A stretch of DNA of 64,000 nucleotides. Source: Laetmonice hystrix. Lineage: Eukaryota. Below, one piece after another: positions 1 through 13,480 of the stretch. Position 1 is the first letter of the stretch; every line of letters starts with the position of its first letter. Under the pieces are notes generated by a model. The model saw only the letters and a program-made list of their open reading frames with translations, was not told the origin of the DNA and did no database searches. The position numbers were made by a program, and so were the translations under genes. The stretch is taken from contig OZ249440.1 in the NCBI GenBank assembly GCA_965235115.1, positions 32,924,001-32,988,000 of the forward strand, in the 5' to 3' direction.

Positions 1-665
1 GGAAGTTGAAGATAACAACATCTAATCTTGCATAAAATATTACATAATAACCAGGGACAGTCTAAGGAGGACACAGGTCAAATATATCATTAAAAATGGC
101 TGCTTGGTGGCCATCTTGGATTTAAAGAAATTCGTAGTAATTTTCTGGATTTCGTTCTTGCTGACAGAAGGCATGAGGGGCAACAAGCGTGCCAGGTACA
201 TACAAAGTGCATCTTCACGCCGGATAATGCTATCAAGATGTACATAACTGCATAGAACTTTACTAAGATGCAGACGAAGTACATACGAAGTTTCATTTGA
301 CAATATCTCCTTTGCCCTTCAAAGATCAATTGAAGTCGTGCGTCGTTTTTTCAAGAACCCATAGTTTGTGGTGGGGGCTTTTTCCAGGATGTTGGGATTT
401 CATCCAGAGGGATTAGGGTATACAGAATATAGAAATTGTTATTTTATTTCTATTTTATTCTGTAAACTTCTGCCACTTAAATCCATCTGTCAGCTAGCAG
501 CTAGGTAGTAGGCCTATCATGTGGAGGTTGCCAGATATAGACTAGAGACCATCTATGGCAGGCGCGTGTTCGGGGGAGGGGGGGGGTCCAGGGTTCCTGA
601 CCCCCCCCCCCTGCAGCGGTGTACGCAGAACTGAGAATGAGATATGGGGGGGGGGGTCAACTGAG

Positions 666-970
666 ATCTGCCAAGGAATATCACGTGAAAAAAGATGTTT
701 GATATACACATCTTCCCTCCTTGATGACCAAGTCGTCCTCATCAATCTTATTCCCCTAAACAGGACTTTTAAATCTGCCAAGCACCTGAAAAAAGATGTT
801 TGATATACACACATCTTCCGTCTTTCACGACAAAGTCGTCCACATCAATCTTATTTTCCTGAAACAGGACTTTTAAATCTGCCAAGCAATATCACTTGAA
901 AAAAGATGTTTTATATACACACATCTTCCCTCCTTCATGACAAAGTCGTCCACATCAATCTTATTCTCCT
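666..970. repeat. Degenerate ~115-bp tandem repeat, about 3 copies
   Basis: TGAAAAAAGATGTTT.ATATACAC...CAAAGTCGTCC.CATCAATCTTATT recurs at ~686, ~787 and ~897. Confidence 0.8.
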
Positions 971-1573
971 CTGACATTGTCTATTCTACCATTATTAAAC
1001 ATTGATTTGTTGTTGCCCGGACATAGCTGCTAAATAAAGTTCTTCATCTAATATAATATGTTCATCTTTTTGTATTACAATGCAATTACTGATACTATTG
1101 ATCATAACGTGAAGTGACACTCTCAATGTTTTTTGGGACATTATGGTGTAAACCCCATCTTCCAACACCATCCGACCGAGACCCATGCACCTTATGAACT
1201 TTCCCTGACAGTTGTCATCTCGGAAACGGGATTCCGTGTTGCCAGCAACACCTCAAGACTAGTTCCTATTTTTGTTATTCCAGTTGGCGTTTACTTTGAG
1301 ATAGGCCTACGACAGTTGCCATGAAATTGAAGGGTGACCCAGAGTGGGATCGTTTGTATCCCAAGGGGACCTTCCCAGCCACTCCAGAAGGGAACAGAGC
1401 CAGGGCTCGGGCACGTCAAGCTTTCTTGAAGGCACGGGACCCGGACTATGCCAAAAGGTAATGGAGTCAGTTTGTCTCTTTTAATCATAAATAGTTCATT
1501 TTTCCAATGTACTGCAGTTAAAATTTATTACCAGGGTATTCTAATGTTTCTAATAAGGAACCGTTGTTTACAG

Positions 1574-4500
1574 TGAAGCTGAACGAGTCAGAACCAGCCG
1601 TAAGAGAGTGGCAGAGCTGGTGAACGGGAATTCAGAGGACAGGCAAAAGCTGGAGAGGCTGCGTGCCCAAGGACGAGCCCGAAGCGCCCGCTTTCGTGGC
1701 AAAGGCAAGTATTTAAGCATGAGGGGTCAAGAAAAGGGATTTGGGGAACTGCAAGTGACAGTAGTGCACATGCACTGTTATTGCAGTAATGTGCCTTCAG
1801 ACAAGTTTGCGATACAACCATAATATTCCCCATACATGGACGTAAATGCAATGTTTCCTTATTGCCCCTCTTATTACACAGCTAAAGCCAAGAAAGACAA
1901 GCATCAGCTACAAGGGGCAAGACGGTCGGCGAGACTGACTCAGCTGCAATCCTCCACTGTCACAGGCTCGGCTACACTGGTCACCACTGAACAGGCCTGC
2001 ACTAGTGGAACCCGCCAGTCTCCCAGGCTGGCTGACTTAGATGAAAACCCACGGCAAAGCACGAGGGCAGAACCCAGCACATGTAGAGAGTAAGTGTTAA
2101 GGGTTGTACTGATCATACTATATGCTAACTAAGTTTGATCATGTGACCTTAAATTTATTTGTATTGACTGCTGCAACATATTGACAAATTGCTTTTCTGT
2201 ATAGGCCTGCAGCCACGCTCCGCAACAAGGCTCGGGGTCTTCCACAGTCGTCAGAGTCACCCCCTTGCAACCTTACTCCAAGACGTGCATCCGCCCAGTT
2301 ACTGAGGTCCCATGGAGTGAATGCCCATCGGCAGAGTTCTCTTTTCAAAGCAATGGCTGTAGGAATCGCGGCAGTGAGGACAGTAAAAGCAAGGAAAGTA
2401 AAGAGGAGTCTCCTAACAGACTTCCGCAATTCTCGACTCATCAGTTCTCTAAGTAAGCATACCAAGACCTCACGGGACAAGTATCGTGTGAAGAAAGGTG
2501 GTGGACGGCGTCCTCTTAAACTTGCCACAGACCGTCATGAACAAGTGAGCAAGTATTACCTTAGACCTGATGTATCTACTTGTCTCCCAGGAAAAAGAAA
2601 CACTGTGAAGGTTAGGAAGCAAAAAATGGCAAAACATATTCTGCAAGACACAATCCAAAACACCTATTCTAGATTCAAGACGGAATATCCATCATGTAAT
2701 GTTAGTCTGTCCCTTTTCCGCCGCCTACGGCCTGCCAATGTCAAACCTGTCTCTTTCACCCGACGCGATGTCTGTTTGTGTGCATACCATCAGAACCTTG
2801 CCCTGAAACTTCGGTCAGTAAATATACACACAGGTTTAGGTGTTTTTCCAGATCAGGTGCTGCAGATTAATACAGATGAAGACATCAAAGCTAAACTTCA
2901 GAAGATCCCACATGACAGTGTTTCATTTCACACATGGAAAAGTGTAGAGCACAGCTATGGTCGTACAGGTGAAAAGAAGTCAACAATGAAGACTAAACTG
3001 ATCACACAGAATATGTTACGGCAATCTTTCATCGACACTGTTATGGAAGAGGTCATTGTGATGAGGGCACACATCTCCAGAGTAAAAGCACAATAAAAAG
3101 CTGTGCGTGAAATTAAAAATCGTTTACCAACAAACCATGTAACAGTGCAAATGGACTTTGCTGAAAATTGGACAGCACATGCAAAAGAAGAAGTCCAAAG
3201 TGCTTACTATAACCAGGAGCAGTTTACAATACACCCAATGGTGTGTCATTTCAAGAAAGATGGCAATATTGAAACCAAGACCTACATAATTGTTTCTGAT
3301 GACAGATCACATATGGCAGAATCAGTCCTGTGTTTCCTTTTGAAAGTCGTGCCCATGATCAAACAAGACCTAGTCCAAGACCTACAATGCATTCATTACA
3401 TTTCAGACAGCCCATCCAGTCAGTATAGAAACATCAAGATGATGACCATTCTTGCGAAACATCAACTTCTCTTCAATGTCAATGCATCGTACACGTACCT
3501 CGAAAGTGGCCATGGAAAAGGCCCGTGTGATGGGTCGGTGGTGCATCTAAAAGAAATGCAGACCTTGCTATAAAGAAGGGGGTACACAATGATTCAGCTG
3601 AGGATTATGTCAGTTATGAAAATACCAGATTCAGCCATGACCCATGTTCTAGTTTCCCAGAAAGAAATAACTGCCGCAAAATCCACACTGACAAAGATTA
3701 TGAAGAGTCACTCAAAGATAACGGGAACACTGAAAATCCATGCTGTCATTTCACAGCAGCCAGGCTTGCTTCAAACCAGACAGACATCTTGTTTTGGATC
3801 TTGCTGTTTTGATGAAGGGATTTTCCATTGTGGTTGTGCTGGTTGGACTGAACAGCTTGTCTTCCAAGGTCTGTCCAAGACAGAAGGGGCAGTGGCTGTG
3901 ACAAGAGAGTCAGAACAGACAGGACTTGTGGCGATGGAGACAGAACCTGCAGCAGTGGAGACAGAACAGGCAGAGTTTTTGGAAACAGGTGCAGAATCAA
4001 TGACAGAACCAAAAGTGACAGTGACAGAACAGGCAGAACCAACAATGACAGAGACAGAGCAGGCGGAGCCCTCAGCAACTGAGAAAGAAGAGACAGAGGC
4101 TCCTGCGACAGAAATTGAACAGGCAACGCTTCCAGAGGCAGGACAGGCACAGCGTCCTCAGACAGAGACAGAACAGGCACAGCTTCCTGAGACAGAGACA
4201 GAACAGGCACAGCGTCCTCAGACAGAGACAGAACAGGCACAGCGTCCTCAGACAGAGACAGAACAGGCACAGCGTCCTCAGACGGAGACGGAGCAGCGTC
4301 CTCAGACAGAGACAGAACAGGCACAGCGTCCTCAGACAGACAGAACAGGCACAGCGTCCTCAGACAGAGACAGAACAGGCACAGCATCCTCAGACAGAGA
4401 CAGAACAGGCACAGCTTCCTGAGACAGAGACAGAACAGGCACAGCGTCCTCAGACAGAGACAGAACAGGCACAGCGTCCTCAGACGGAGACGGAACAGGC

Positions 4501-5500
4501 ACAGCGTCCTCAGACAGAGACAGAACAGGCACAGCGTCCTCAGACAGAGACAGAACAGGCACAGCGTCCTCAGACAGAGACAGAACAGGCACAGCGTCCT
4601 CAGACAGAGACAGAACAGGCACAGCTTCCTGAGACAGAGACAGAACAGGCACAGCGTCCTCAGACAGAGACAGAACAGGCACAGCATCCTCAGACAGAGA
4701 CAGAGACAGAACAGGCACAGCGTCCTCAGACAGAGACAGAACACGCACAGCTTCCTGAGACAGAGACAGAACAGGCACAGCGTCCTCAGACAGAGACAGA
4801 ACAGGCACAGCGTCCTCAGGCAGAGACAGACCAGGCACAGCTTCCTGAGACAGAGACAGAACAGGCGCAGCGTCTTCAGACAGAACAGCCAGAGTGTGTG
4901 ACAAAAGAGCCTGAACAGACAGAACTAACACTGTTAATAAGACAGGAAGAAAACAAAAAAAAACGGAACTAAAAGAAAGGAAAACAACTGAAGCAAAAGA
5001 TGGTGTTCAGAGTAATGAATTTGTAACAGAAAAAAATGAGGATTATTGCTACAAGGTTGGCGATATGGTTAATTACAACAGAAAGGAGTACTGTGGCCAG
5101 ATTTTAAAACATGACCCGGAAGACCCTGACAAGTTAACATATCACATAGACTTCCTGGAAAAAGTAGGTGAAGAGTATGTAAGGCCAAAGAAGGCCGACC
5201 AACTCTGGGTGAAGGAGAGTAACATCCTCAGAAAGGTACCGGCTGAGAACAGCTACAAGATCCAAAACCATCGTGTTGGTGATTATGTTAGAGCTAAACA
5301 ACCAGGGAAGGTTGTACTATGGAAGAATAGTTGAGCATTGTGGAGAGGAAAATGAATATCGGATTCAGTTCCTAGTGAAAAAAGGCACTCATTACGTATG
5401 GCCTAAAGAAGTTGATGAACTATGGATGAAGCCAAAATCAATTGTAGAAAAAATAAACCCAACCACACAAGCTTTAAAAATTGCTATCTTTAATGTTTGA
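1574..5500 (+). pseudogene. Spliced, decayed DDE transposase gene of a Sola2-like DNA transposon
   Basis: Predicted exons 1574-1704 (GC donor), 1882-2089 and 2205 onward join in frame (AERVRTSRKR... to ...PAATLRNK... into the 2317 ORF). Motifs: CLCAYHQN, DFAENW, QSAYY..Q.TIHP, SDSPSSQYRN, ESGHGKGPCDG. Disabled by a stop at 3094-3096 and frameshifts near 3535, ~3600, ~4340, ~4965 and ~5295. The family call is from recalled motifs. Confidence 0.75.
4125..4885 (+). repeat. 30-bp coding minisatellite (about 25 units) encoding QAQRPQTETE repeats
   Basis: The unit GAACAGGCACAGCGTCCTCAGACAGAGACA is repeated with variants (CTTCCTGAG, CATCCTCAG). Confidence 0.95.
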
Positions 5501-5829
5501 TTCAACTTCTGGTATTTTGGATCATGTCTTGAAGGATATGTCTGGAATTTCAGTATAGCATTTATCCATAGTTTTCATTACAAGTTAGGCTCACCGGCCT
5601 TTTGCCTTGCGATTATGTGTTAGAATGGTTGTAAAATGTCAGCTGAATGACTTGACAGTTCTTTTTCGCATAGTGATTGTGCCTCTGTGAAAGAAGGTAA
5701 AGTTAATCAAGTTCAAGTTTGGGTTATTGTTCAACTTTTCAGAAGATTTTGATTGAAGGCTTTTTCTGGCAGCCAAATAGACAAACGTTCGTAAATTTTG
5801 TATCACTGTGGAAAATGAATTCCTGTTGA

Positions 5830-6791
5830 CAGTCTTGGGATAGAAATATACTTCCTAGCGAATGGTGTTCAACTAAACTTTGTACATCAATATTCATACC
5901 TGGGTGTAACTCTGGACGACAAACTACAGTTCAATGAGCATATAAGGAATAGTATTAAGAAAGCAGGTAATAAGGTGTACATGTTAGCAAAGATAAGACA
6001 GTTCATCAACACCCAGACAGCTCTTACCGTATTTAAAGCTATGATACTGCCCTATATAGTGTATGGAAACATCTTTCACGGGACATGTAATGAGGCCTAC
6101 CAACAGAAGCTACAAGTCATTCAAAATAATGGTTTAAAAATAGCGCTGAAAAGGGACATTTTATACAGAACGGTCGACCTACACATAGAAGCTAAGATCA
6201 TACCTTGTAAATACAGAACACTTGTGATGTTACAGAAACTTACGTATAAAGAGGTCAAGGAGGGTCAGGCACCACTGAACCGCAGAAACATCAGAACAAG
6301 AACTCATGAGGCAGCAACACTTGTCGTGCCATTTCCTAAGTCAGAATTATTTAAGAAATCTAACGCATACAGTAAAACTGTAAATTGGAATGCTTTACCC
6401 CCTTATCTAAGAAACTTAGGTGAGTATAACCGGTTCAAGCAAGAGATAACAAATTATTATACCAGTATGTTCCTAACAGATAACAATCGTGGCAAGAATT
6501 GCTAATAGGGAAATTCAGGCAGAGTATAAAATTAGTAACATTTAAGTCTATCACTGCGCAGTTGTTATTACCCGAAAATATTTATGTGTCAAGTTGTTCA
6601 CACTCTGCATTATATGATTACGGCTTGCTTGGTGAATTACTAAAATAATACTATGACTGTAGTGTATGTATATTATGTATATGTGTCATGTCTGTAGATA
6701 CTGTACATATTCAAAACAGGACCCCACATTTGTTACGGCATCCAGCCGAGTGGGAACTCCTGGGTAAAGATGTCAATAAAAAAAAAAAAAA
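5830..6791 (+). mobile_element. 5'-truncated LINE (CR1/L2-group-like): RT C-terminus, 3' UTR and poly(A)
   Basis: The frame reads ...YSYLGVTLDDKLQFNEHI...KLQVIQNNGLKIAL...RTRTH...WNALP, typical of the LINE ORF2 tail. It ends in AATAAA plus an A-run at 6775-6791. The 5' boundary is approximate and no TSD was seen. Confidence 0.8.
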
Positions 6792-6823
6792 CGTGGGGAG
6801 GAAAGCAACTACTAGTCAGGTAG

Positions 6824-7754
6824 TGTTGTAGCTGCAGTGCCGCTGCTACAAGTTCGTAAGGTCAAGGCCATAGAGCCATTGGTCAATGATCGAGTGATTG
6901 CCGAAATCGGTAGCGTCGCCTAATCCTCAGTCAGACATGTGACCAAATGAATATTCATGAGGCCTAGTTAGTTGGTGTAGCGACGGCAACCAAGACGCCA
7001 CTTGGCTGTCGGTCTCTGCAGGGTCAGGATGTGGGTTAAGGTGGGCCGTTTACAGTAGGAACGGACGTGTGCCCAGTGTCCAGGGACACTATTTGATTTA
7101 TGTCACCCACAGTGAGTATTTATTTGACGTTATTGGCGACTCAGTGAAGTAACAAATTGGGGAAAATATCCCTTGTAGTTTAGTTTGGCATAGCCGTTTT
7201 GTGTAGTGCAGTGTAGGCCTACCCACACAGTTGCTGGTTGCACTCAACCATGTGTGACGGCGTTTGTCTGGTTTACTCGTTGTGTTAATTTATTTTCATT
7301 TTCTTATTACTGTTTCATTTGCAGTCCTTCTGAGCCGCAGTCAATGTCATTTGGTTATAATTTACGCGTCGAGTCTTTTTTGGAGAGTCACAACTTGTAA
7401 GTGTTATTACTTAATGCGAATGTATAATTTCAGTCAATGTCTGCTGTAAAGTTCATGTCACCGTTTTATGTGTAATTTTCAGTCAATGTCTGCTGTAAAG
7501 TTCATGTCACCGTTTTATGTGTAATCTTCAGTCAATGTCTATTGTAAAGTTCATGTTACCGTTTTATCGTCTGGTAAAAGTTCATGTGACCGTTTATTGT
7601 GCTTCATTGTCTACCGTGTTGTCTTGTCTGTAATGTCTTGATGGTGACGTTGCTTGTTCCCCTTGTTTGCAGCTTCACCATTCCATGTGCGTGAAAAGTG
7701 ACAATAAAAGGAAAAACGACAAAAACACCCGTTTGTTTTGACTCGACCGTAACA
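6824..7754 (+). repeat. 5' LTR of BEL/Pao element
   Basis: TGTTGTAG...CCGTAACA, a direct repeat of 14353-15283. Contains an internal ~49-bp tandem repeat at ~7427-7600. Confidence 0.97.
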
Positions 7755-7779
7755 GTGAAGAAGTTCACCTCCCACCATA

Positions 7780-10700
7780 ATGGCCGACACCCGGGTTGTA
7801 CGCCGGCAGAGGAAGGCGGCCATTACGCGACTGCTGGGTAGCCTACGCAGACTGACAGTGGAAGAGGATGAGTTGGGCGTCCACCACAAGATGGAACAGC
7901 TAAAGACTTCTTTCGCTGAATTTGAGGCTGCTCACGACCTCTTCCATAATGCTTTGGTAGAGGAGCAGCAGATTGACGAAAGCGAGGCATGGTTCGGCGC
8001 GGTGGAGCAACAATACATCGCTGGTATTGGAGCGGCCATGTCCTGGCTGCGAACACGTGTGGCCAGCGAGTCTTCAGACGAGGCGTCGGTACAGGGAGCG
8101 GCAGGTTACGTGCCTCTTGTACAGGAGGGGGCGTCGGTACAGGAGGCGGCAGATGACATGTCTGTTGTACAGGAGGAGGCGTCAGTACAGGGGGCGGCAG
8201 ATGATTCGTCCATTGTACAGCAGGGTAAACTACTGAGTCTACTCAGCATCCCGAAGGTGGAGCTGGATCGTTTCGGCGGGGACCCGCTAGAGTATTTATC
8301 ATTCATGGTGGTGTTTGACGAGACGATCGACAGCAAGACAGATGACGGCCAGATCAAGCTGACGCGCCTGCTCCAGTACACTGCCGGCCCGGCCAAGGCT
8401 GCAATCAGGAATTGTGCTCTTGTTGGTGGAGAAAAGGGCTACAAGCAAGCTAGGGAGATCTTGGCTTCCCGGTTTGGTGACAACCACCTGGTCAGCCAGC
8501 GCATCATTCATGACCTGAAATCTGGTAAAGCTGTTAGCAAAGGTCATGAAATCCAGCAATTGGCCGACGATCTAAGTATGGCCCACACTGCCCTGAAGCA
8601 AATGGATATGTTGGCCGAGGTAGACACTCAGCTAAGCATCCTGGGCATTTTGGGTCGATGTCCGCAGTTCGTCTGCAGCCGATGGCGGAGCAAGGCACTA
8701 GACTTCAAACGTGTACATAAGAGTTATCCAAAGTTTGAGAATTTTGTAGAGTTCATGAAAGATATAGCTGCAGACTCATGTGATCCTGTATATGGTAGAG
8801 AGAAGACAAATGTAAAATCGAGGGGTGTTGAGAAGAGTACATGTTATAACGTAGTCGGAGAGGAGAATGAAAATCCCGACGGTCCACAAACAAAGTTCCT
8901 ATTCCCTTGTGTAGTTTGTAAGCAAAGTCACAGGTTATTCAGTTGCGACCAGTTTAAGTCTATGACCCCCCAGGACCGCTTTGACGTTGTGGTGAAACGG
9001 GGGACACCGGGCCTACAAATGTCGAAAGCAGTCGGTGTGCAGTGTACCAGGGTGTAGACGGCACTTCTGTAGACGGCACCGAGAGGCTGAAGTTAAATAA
9101 TGCCATTGTGGTATCAAACATCCCAGCAGGATATCCTAGTAAAGACCTTGACACCAAGTTGCACCCCCATCTGGCGGGAATCTCAGTGAATACCGTTGCG
9201 CGTGGTACCGAAGTTGACATTCTCATCGGCATGGATAATGCACGTGCCCTCATGCCTGTGGACCTAAGAAGCAGCACTGACCGAAAGGAGCCCTACGCAG
9301 TGCGCACGACGTTTGGATGGTGCCTCAACGGCCCCGTACCAGGGGGACATGAAGGTCAGGCTTACGCCAATTTTGTCAGGTTGGAGCAGATTAACGACGA
9401 CCTAGTGAACTTGTGGACCCTTGAAAAAGACCTTGATGACGATTCTCCGGCATGGTCACAGGATGATCGCAAAGTCATGGAAAAGTGGGAAAGTGAGGTG
9501 AAGCATGAGAATGGTCATTACCATCTGCCAATCCCATGGAAGGATGAAGTCCCAAACCTGCCAAACAACCGACGTACTGCTGTTTTTCGACTTCATAGCC
9601 TGATAAAACGCCTACAGAGGATGGGTCAGCTCGAGAAGTATGGTTCTTCCCCCATGATAACTTTCCACGAAATGTTTGGGCAGGGGTTAGGGTTAAGGTC
9701 AGGGATAGGGATAGGGATAGGATAGGGATATGTTTTTGGGAGGTGTAGGGACTGGGGTTAGGGGTTAGGGATAAGGTCAGGGCCATGGATCTTTACTTTC
9801 CACGAAATTTCGTGGGGTTTATGTTATCATGGGCGATATACCAGAAGTATGAACAAAGGCTACTAGAGATGGTCGAGAAAGGATATGCAAAAGAAGTGCC
9901 TGAGGGTCAATTGGAGCTCGATAATGAAACAGTCTGGTACTTGCCGCATCATGGAGTAGAAAGCGCATCCAAGCCTGGTAAACTCCGCATTGTGTTTGAC
10001 TGTGCAGCTAAACACGATAATGTCAGCCTGAATAGTCAGTGTTTACAAGGTCCAGACCTAAACAATAAGCTCATACATGTTTTGCTTCGGTTTCGTCAGT
10101 TTCCAATAGCTTTCACAAGTGATGTGGAGGCCATGTACCATCAAGTAAAGATTCCACCTAGTGACCGAGATTGCTTGAGGTTCCTGTGGGTAATTAATGG
10201 TGCCACAAAAGAATATCGGATGATGTCACACCTGTTTGGGGGAATCTAGTGCGCAGCGAGTAGCACGTATGCTCTTCGGCGGGCAGTTAGAGATTTTCCT
10301 TGTTCAAATCTAGTGAGCGAGACAGTGAAGGGAGCATTTTATGTTGATGACCTGTTGAAATCTGTACAAACAAGCGATGAGGGCATGGAGATTGTCAAAG
10401 GGACCAAGGAGGTGTTGGGACAAGCAGGCTTTAATTGGACAAAGTTTATCTCCAATGAGCCAAGACTACTTAAAGACATACCTGAGGAGGATAGAGCTAC
10501 CAAAGTAAAGGACATCATGGGCAATGTGCAGAGCAGTGTGCTGGGCATCAGATGGAACGTCAGTCGAGATACTTTCTGTTATGTGGGCCTTGCCTCAAGT
10601 GAACATCCCAAGGAAGTTACAAAGCGCACTATGTTGAGTAAAGTATCCTCCATGTACGACCCTCTCGGATTGATTGCTCCAGTGGTTCTCCAGGGCAAAG

Positions 10701-12941
10701 CCGTGTTCCAGGAGGCAGTCCGCATGCATCTAGGATGGGATGACCCAGTTCCTGTTGAATTGTCCAATCGGTGGATGGCGTGGACGAATTCCTTGAATGA
10801 TCTACACCAGAGTGAGTTCGCAAGATGTGTCGTTCCTCCGGGATTTGAACATAGTGCCATAGAGATTCACCATTTTGCAGACGCCAGTCTGATAGGCTAT
10901 GGCGCATGTAGCTATGTGCTACCAGGTGAACCAGGTGGGGAGGATCCACGTGGCACTGCTTACAGCGAAGGCCCGCCTTGCTCCAATAAAGTCAACGACG
11001 ATCCCGAGGCTGGAACTGTGCGCAGCAGTTGCTGCTGTCAAACTCGACAAAGTGATAAGGCGTCAATTCACCGTGCAGCTCCAGGAGTCCAGTTTTTGGT
11101 CTGACAGTAACATTGTTCTCTCATACATCAAGAACACGTCTAGGCGTTTCAAAGTGTTCGTGTCCAATAGGGTGAATTTTATCCTTGATAACTCCACGAG
11201 GGATCAATGGAACCACATCGCTGGAGAACTTAATCCGGCAGACGTGGCATCGCGGGGGTGCCTCGGAAGCGAATTGCTGGATGTGTGGATAAGTGGACCT
11301 GAAGTATTGTATCAGTATAAGTGTAACTGGCTGCGACCCACCATGGAGATGCCGGTTGATGATGATGATGCTGAGGTGAAAGTGTGTTTGGCAGCGTCAT
11401 CACAGAAGCGCCCCCTGTGCGAAGAGGTGGTGTCTGCTGGACCGACTCATCCACTTGACAAGCTGATCAACCACCACTCCAGCTTCTACAAGCTTAAGAG
11501 AGCTGTCGCAGCTTTGACGAGGGTTAGGGGGTGGTTATCCCGTAGAACAGGTAGCATCTCCCAGGAACCCATAACAGTGGATGAGATGGGACATGCCGAA
11601 AAGCTGATGATTCGTCATGTGCAAAAGGAAACCTATCAAGAGGAAATCGTATCATTGTTGCAACGTCACCGGGTAAACAGGTCAAGTAGTCTGAGGGATC
11701 TGTCGCCCACATTGTGTGATGGGATCATTGTCGTCGGGAGCAGGATAAAGCATGCTATGGTGCCTACCAGAGTAAAACATCCCATAATTCTACCTCTCAA
11801 GCACAGGCTGTCACGACTAATATTGATGGACAGTCACAACGAGGCTCATCTCGGAACAGAGTGGACACTCAGTAGGGTACGCAGAAAGTTCTGGATACCA
11901 AGGGCGAGGAGTTTCTTAAAGAAAATCAAGAAAGACTTCATCACGTGCAGGAAACTAAATGCGAAACCAATGGAACAGAAGATGGCCGACCTGCCGCCAG
12001 AACGGTGTCAGGTAGACAAACCGCCATTTGCTTATGTGGGCTTGGACCTGTTTGGTCCTTTCCACGTCAGTTACGGGAGAGCGTCCATCAAACGGTATGG
12101 ATGTGTGTTCACATGCTTTGTTACACGGGCGGTACACTTGGAAGTCTTGTTTAGCCTAGAAACAGATTCGTTCATTAATGGGTTCGTCAGATTCTCATCA
12201 AGGCGAGGTTCGCCACTCAAGGTATGGTCGGACAATGGCACCAACATCGTGGGAGCGCATAGTGAAATGTCTAGGAACCTACAAAAGTTGGATCGAAATA
12301 GGATTATGGAGGCAGCAAGGCGTCGAAACGTCGAATGGATTTTCAATCCACCATATGCTTCACACCAGGGTGGGGTGTGGGAACGAATAATCCGTACTAT
12401 ACGCCGGGTCTTGATGGCTGTACTACAATGTAGCTCAAGGTTGACAGACGAGGTTCTCCACACTACATTCTGCGAAGTGGAGAACATTATCAACAGCAGG
12501 CCGCTAACGAAATGCAGTGTTGATGTCAATGACGAATCTCCATTGACACCAAATCACTTCCTATTGATGCAGGACAATGCCGCTCTTTCAAGAGGAATAT
12601 TCCACAAAGGTGATCTCTACCAGAAACGCTGGAGGTGCGTGCAGTATCTTGCAGACACCTTTTGGAAGCGCTGGATGCGAGATTACATTCCTCTACTTCA
12701 CATGAGAAAAAAATGGCACGAGGAGAAAGATAACCTTCAGGTTGGGGAGCTGGTGCTCATTGTCAATGAGAATGCTCCTCGTGGTTTGTGGCCACTCGGA
12801 CTTGTTTTAGATGCTACTGTAGGCAGGGATGGTCTGGTGCGTAGCGCGAGGCTGAGAACACTGAGTGGTGAGGTTGTACGCCCCATAACTAAATTAGTGC
12901 GGTTGGAAGGGTCACCACAAAACCCCTCACTCGATGTCTAA
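7780..12941 (+). pseudogene. BEL/Pao gag-pol (Gag, partial protease, RT, RNase H, integrase), disrupted
   Basis: Gag: F.GDPLEY..F, CVVCKQSH. RT: YLPHH, RIVFDCAA, DVEAMYHQV, HLFG, FYVDD. RNase H: FADAS, TIPRLEL, NPADVASRG. Integrase: HLG, DLFGP, SDNGTN, WERII. Lesions: deletion near 9000-9055, MITE at 9642-9842, stop at 10247-10249, frameshift ~10915. Confidence 0.95.
9642..9842. mobile_element. 201-bp MITE with (GGTTAG/GGATAG)-like core inserted in BEL pol
   Basis: Perfect 8-bp TSD AGAAGTAT (9634-9641, 9843-9850). Imperfect 20-bp TIRs GGTTCTTCCCCCATGATAAC / GTTATCATGGGCGATATACC. Removing it rejoins QLEKY-EQRLLEMVEKGYA. Confidence 0.92.
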
Positions 12942-13480
12942 ACTAGCGGTGCTTAATCTAGTTTGAGTAATTTGTGGTACATATTATAATCCAGCATTAC
13001 CTTCTGGGTGGTAAATACGAAACAAGTTTGTGTTACAATGGGTTTGGACATGAGCCTAAAGTCCAATATGAATGGTATGGTATAACTTATATTTAGCTTA
13101 GCTTAGCTTTCATTTTCCAAACTTGGGTAGGGATGATTAAATAGGCGTGAGCATATATAGTATTCCATCTCCTACATGGATAACTTCATCCACGATTTAG
13201 CGATTTTCTGATATTTTATAAATGTCGGCCAAGAATTGCAAGTTGGGGATTACGGCGGGACATTACTCGCTCATGTACAGTTAATTTACCCATTATGGGT
13301 TGGTCATTGTAGTTGCCCTAGCGGCAGGGGATCATTTAATTTGATAGCATTGTACAGCCATGTGTATAGTTCTTGGGCTCTTAATTTTGAGCCATATTAA
13401 TTTGTAAGGTATTATTTATCTGTGTTGAAATACCTTTATGTAGTCAAAACTCAGAGGCTGTATGTGAAAAGTATAGTAGG

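Noticed and set aside
556..662. CAGGCGCGTG plus poly-G/C MITE-like start
   Set aside because: No partner TIR or TSD was found, so it cannot be delimited.
3746..4931. Long minus-strand ORFs (CLCLRTL / EDAVPVLSL repeats)
   Set aside because: Antisense shadows of the 30-bp minisatellite.
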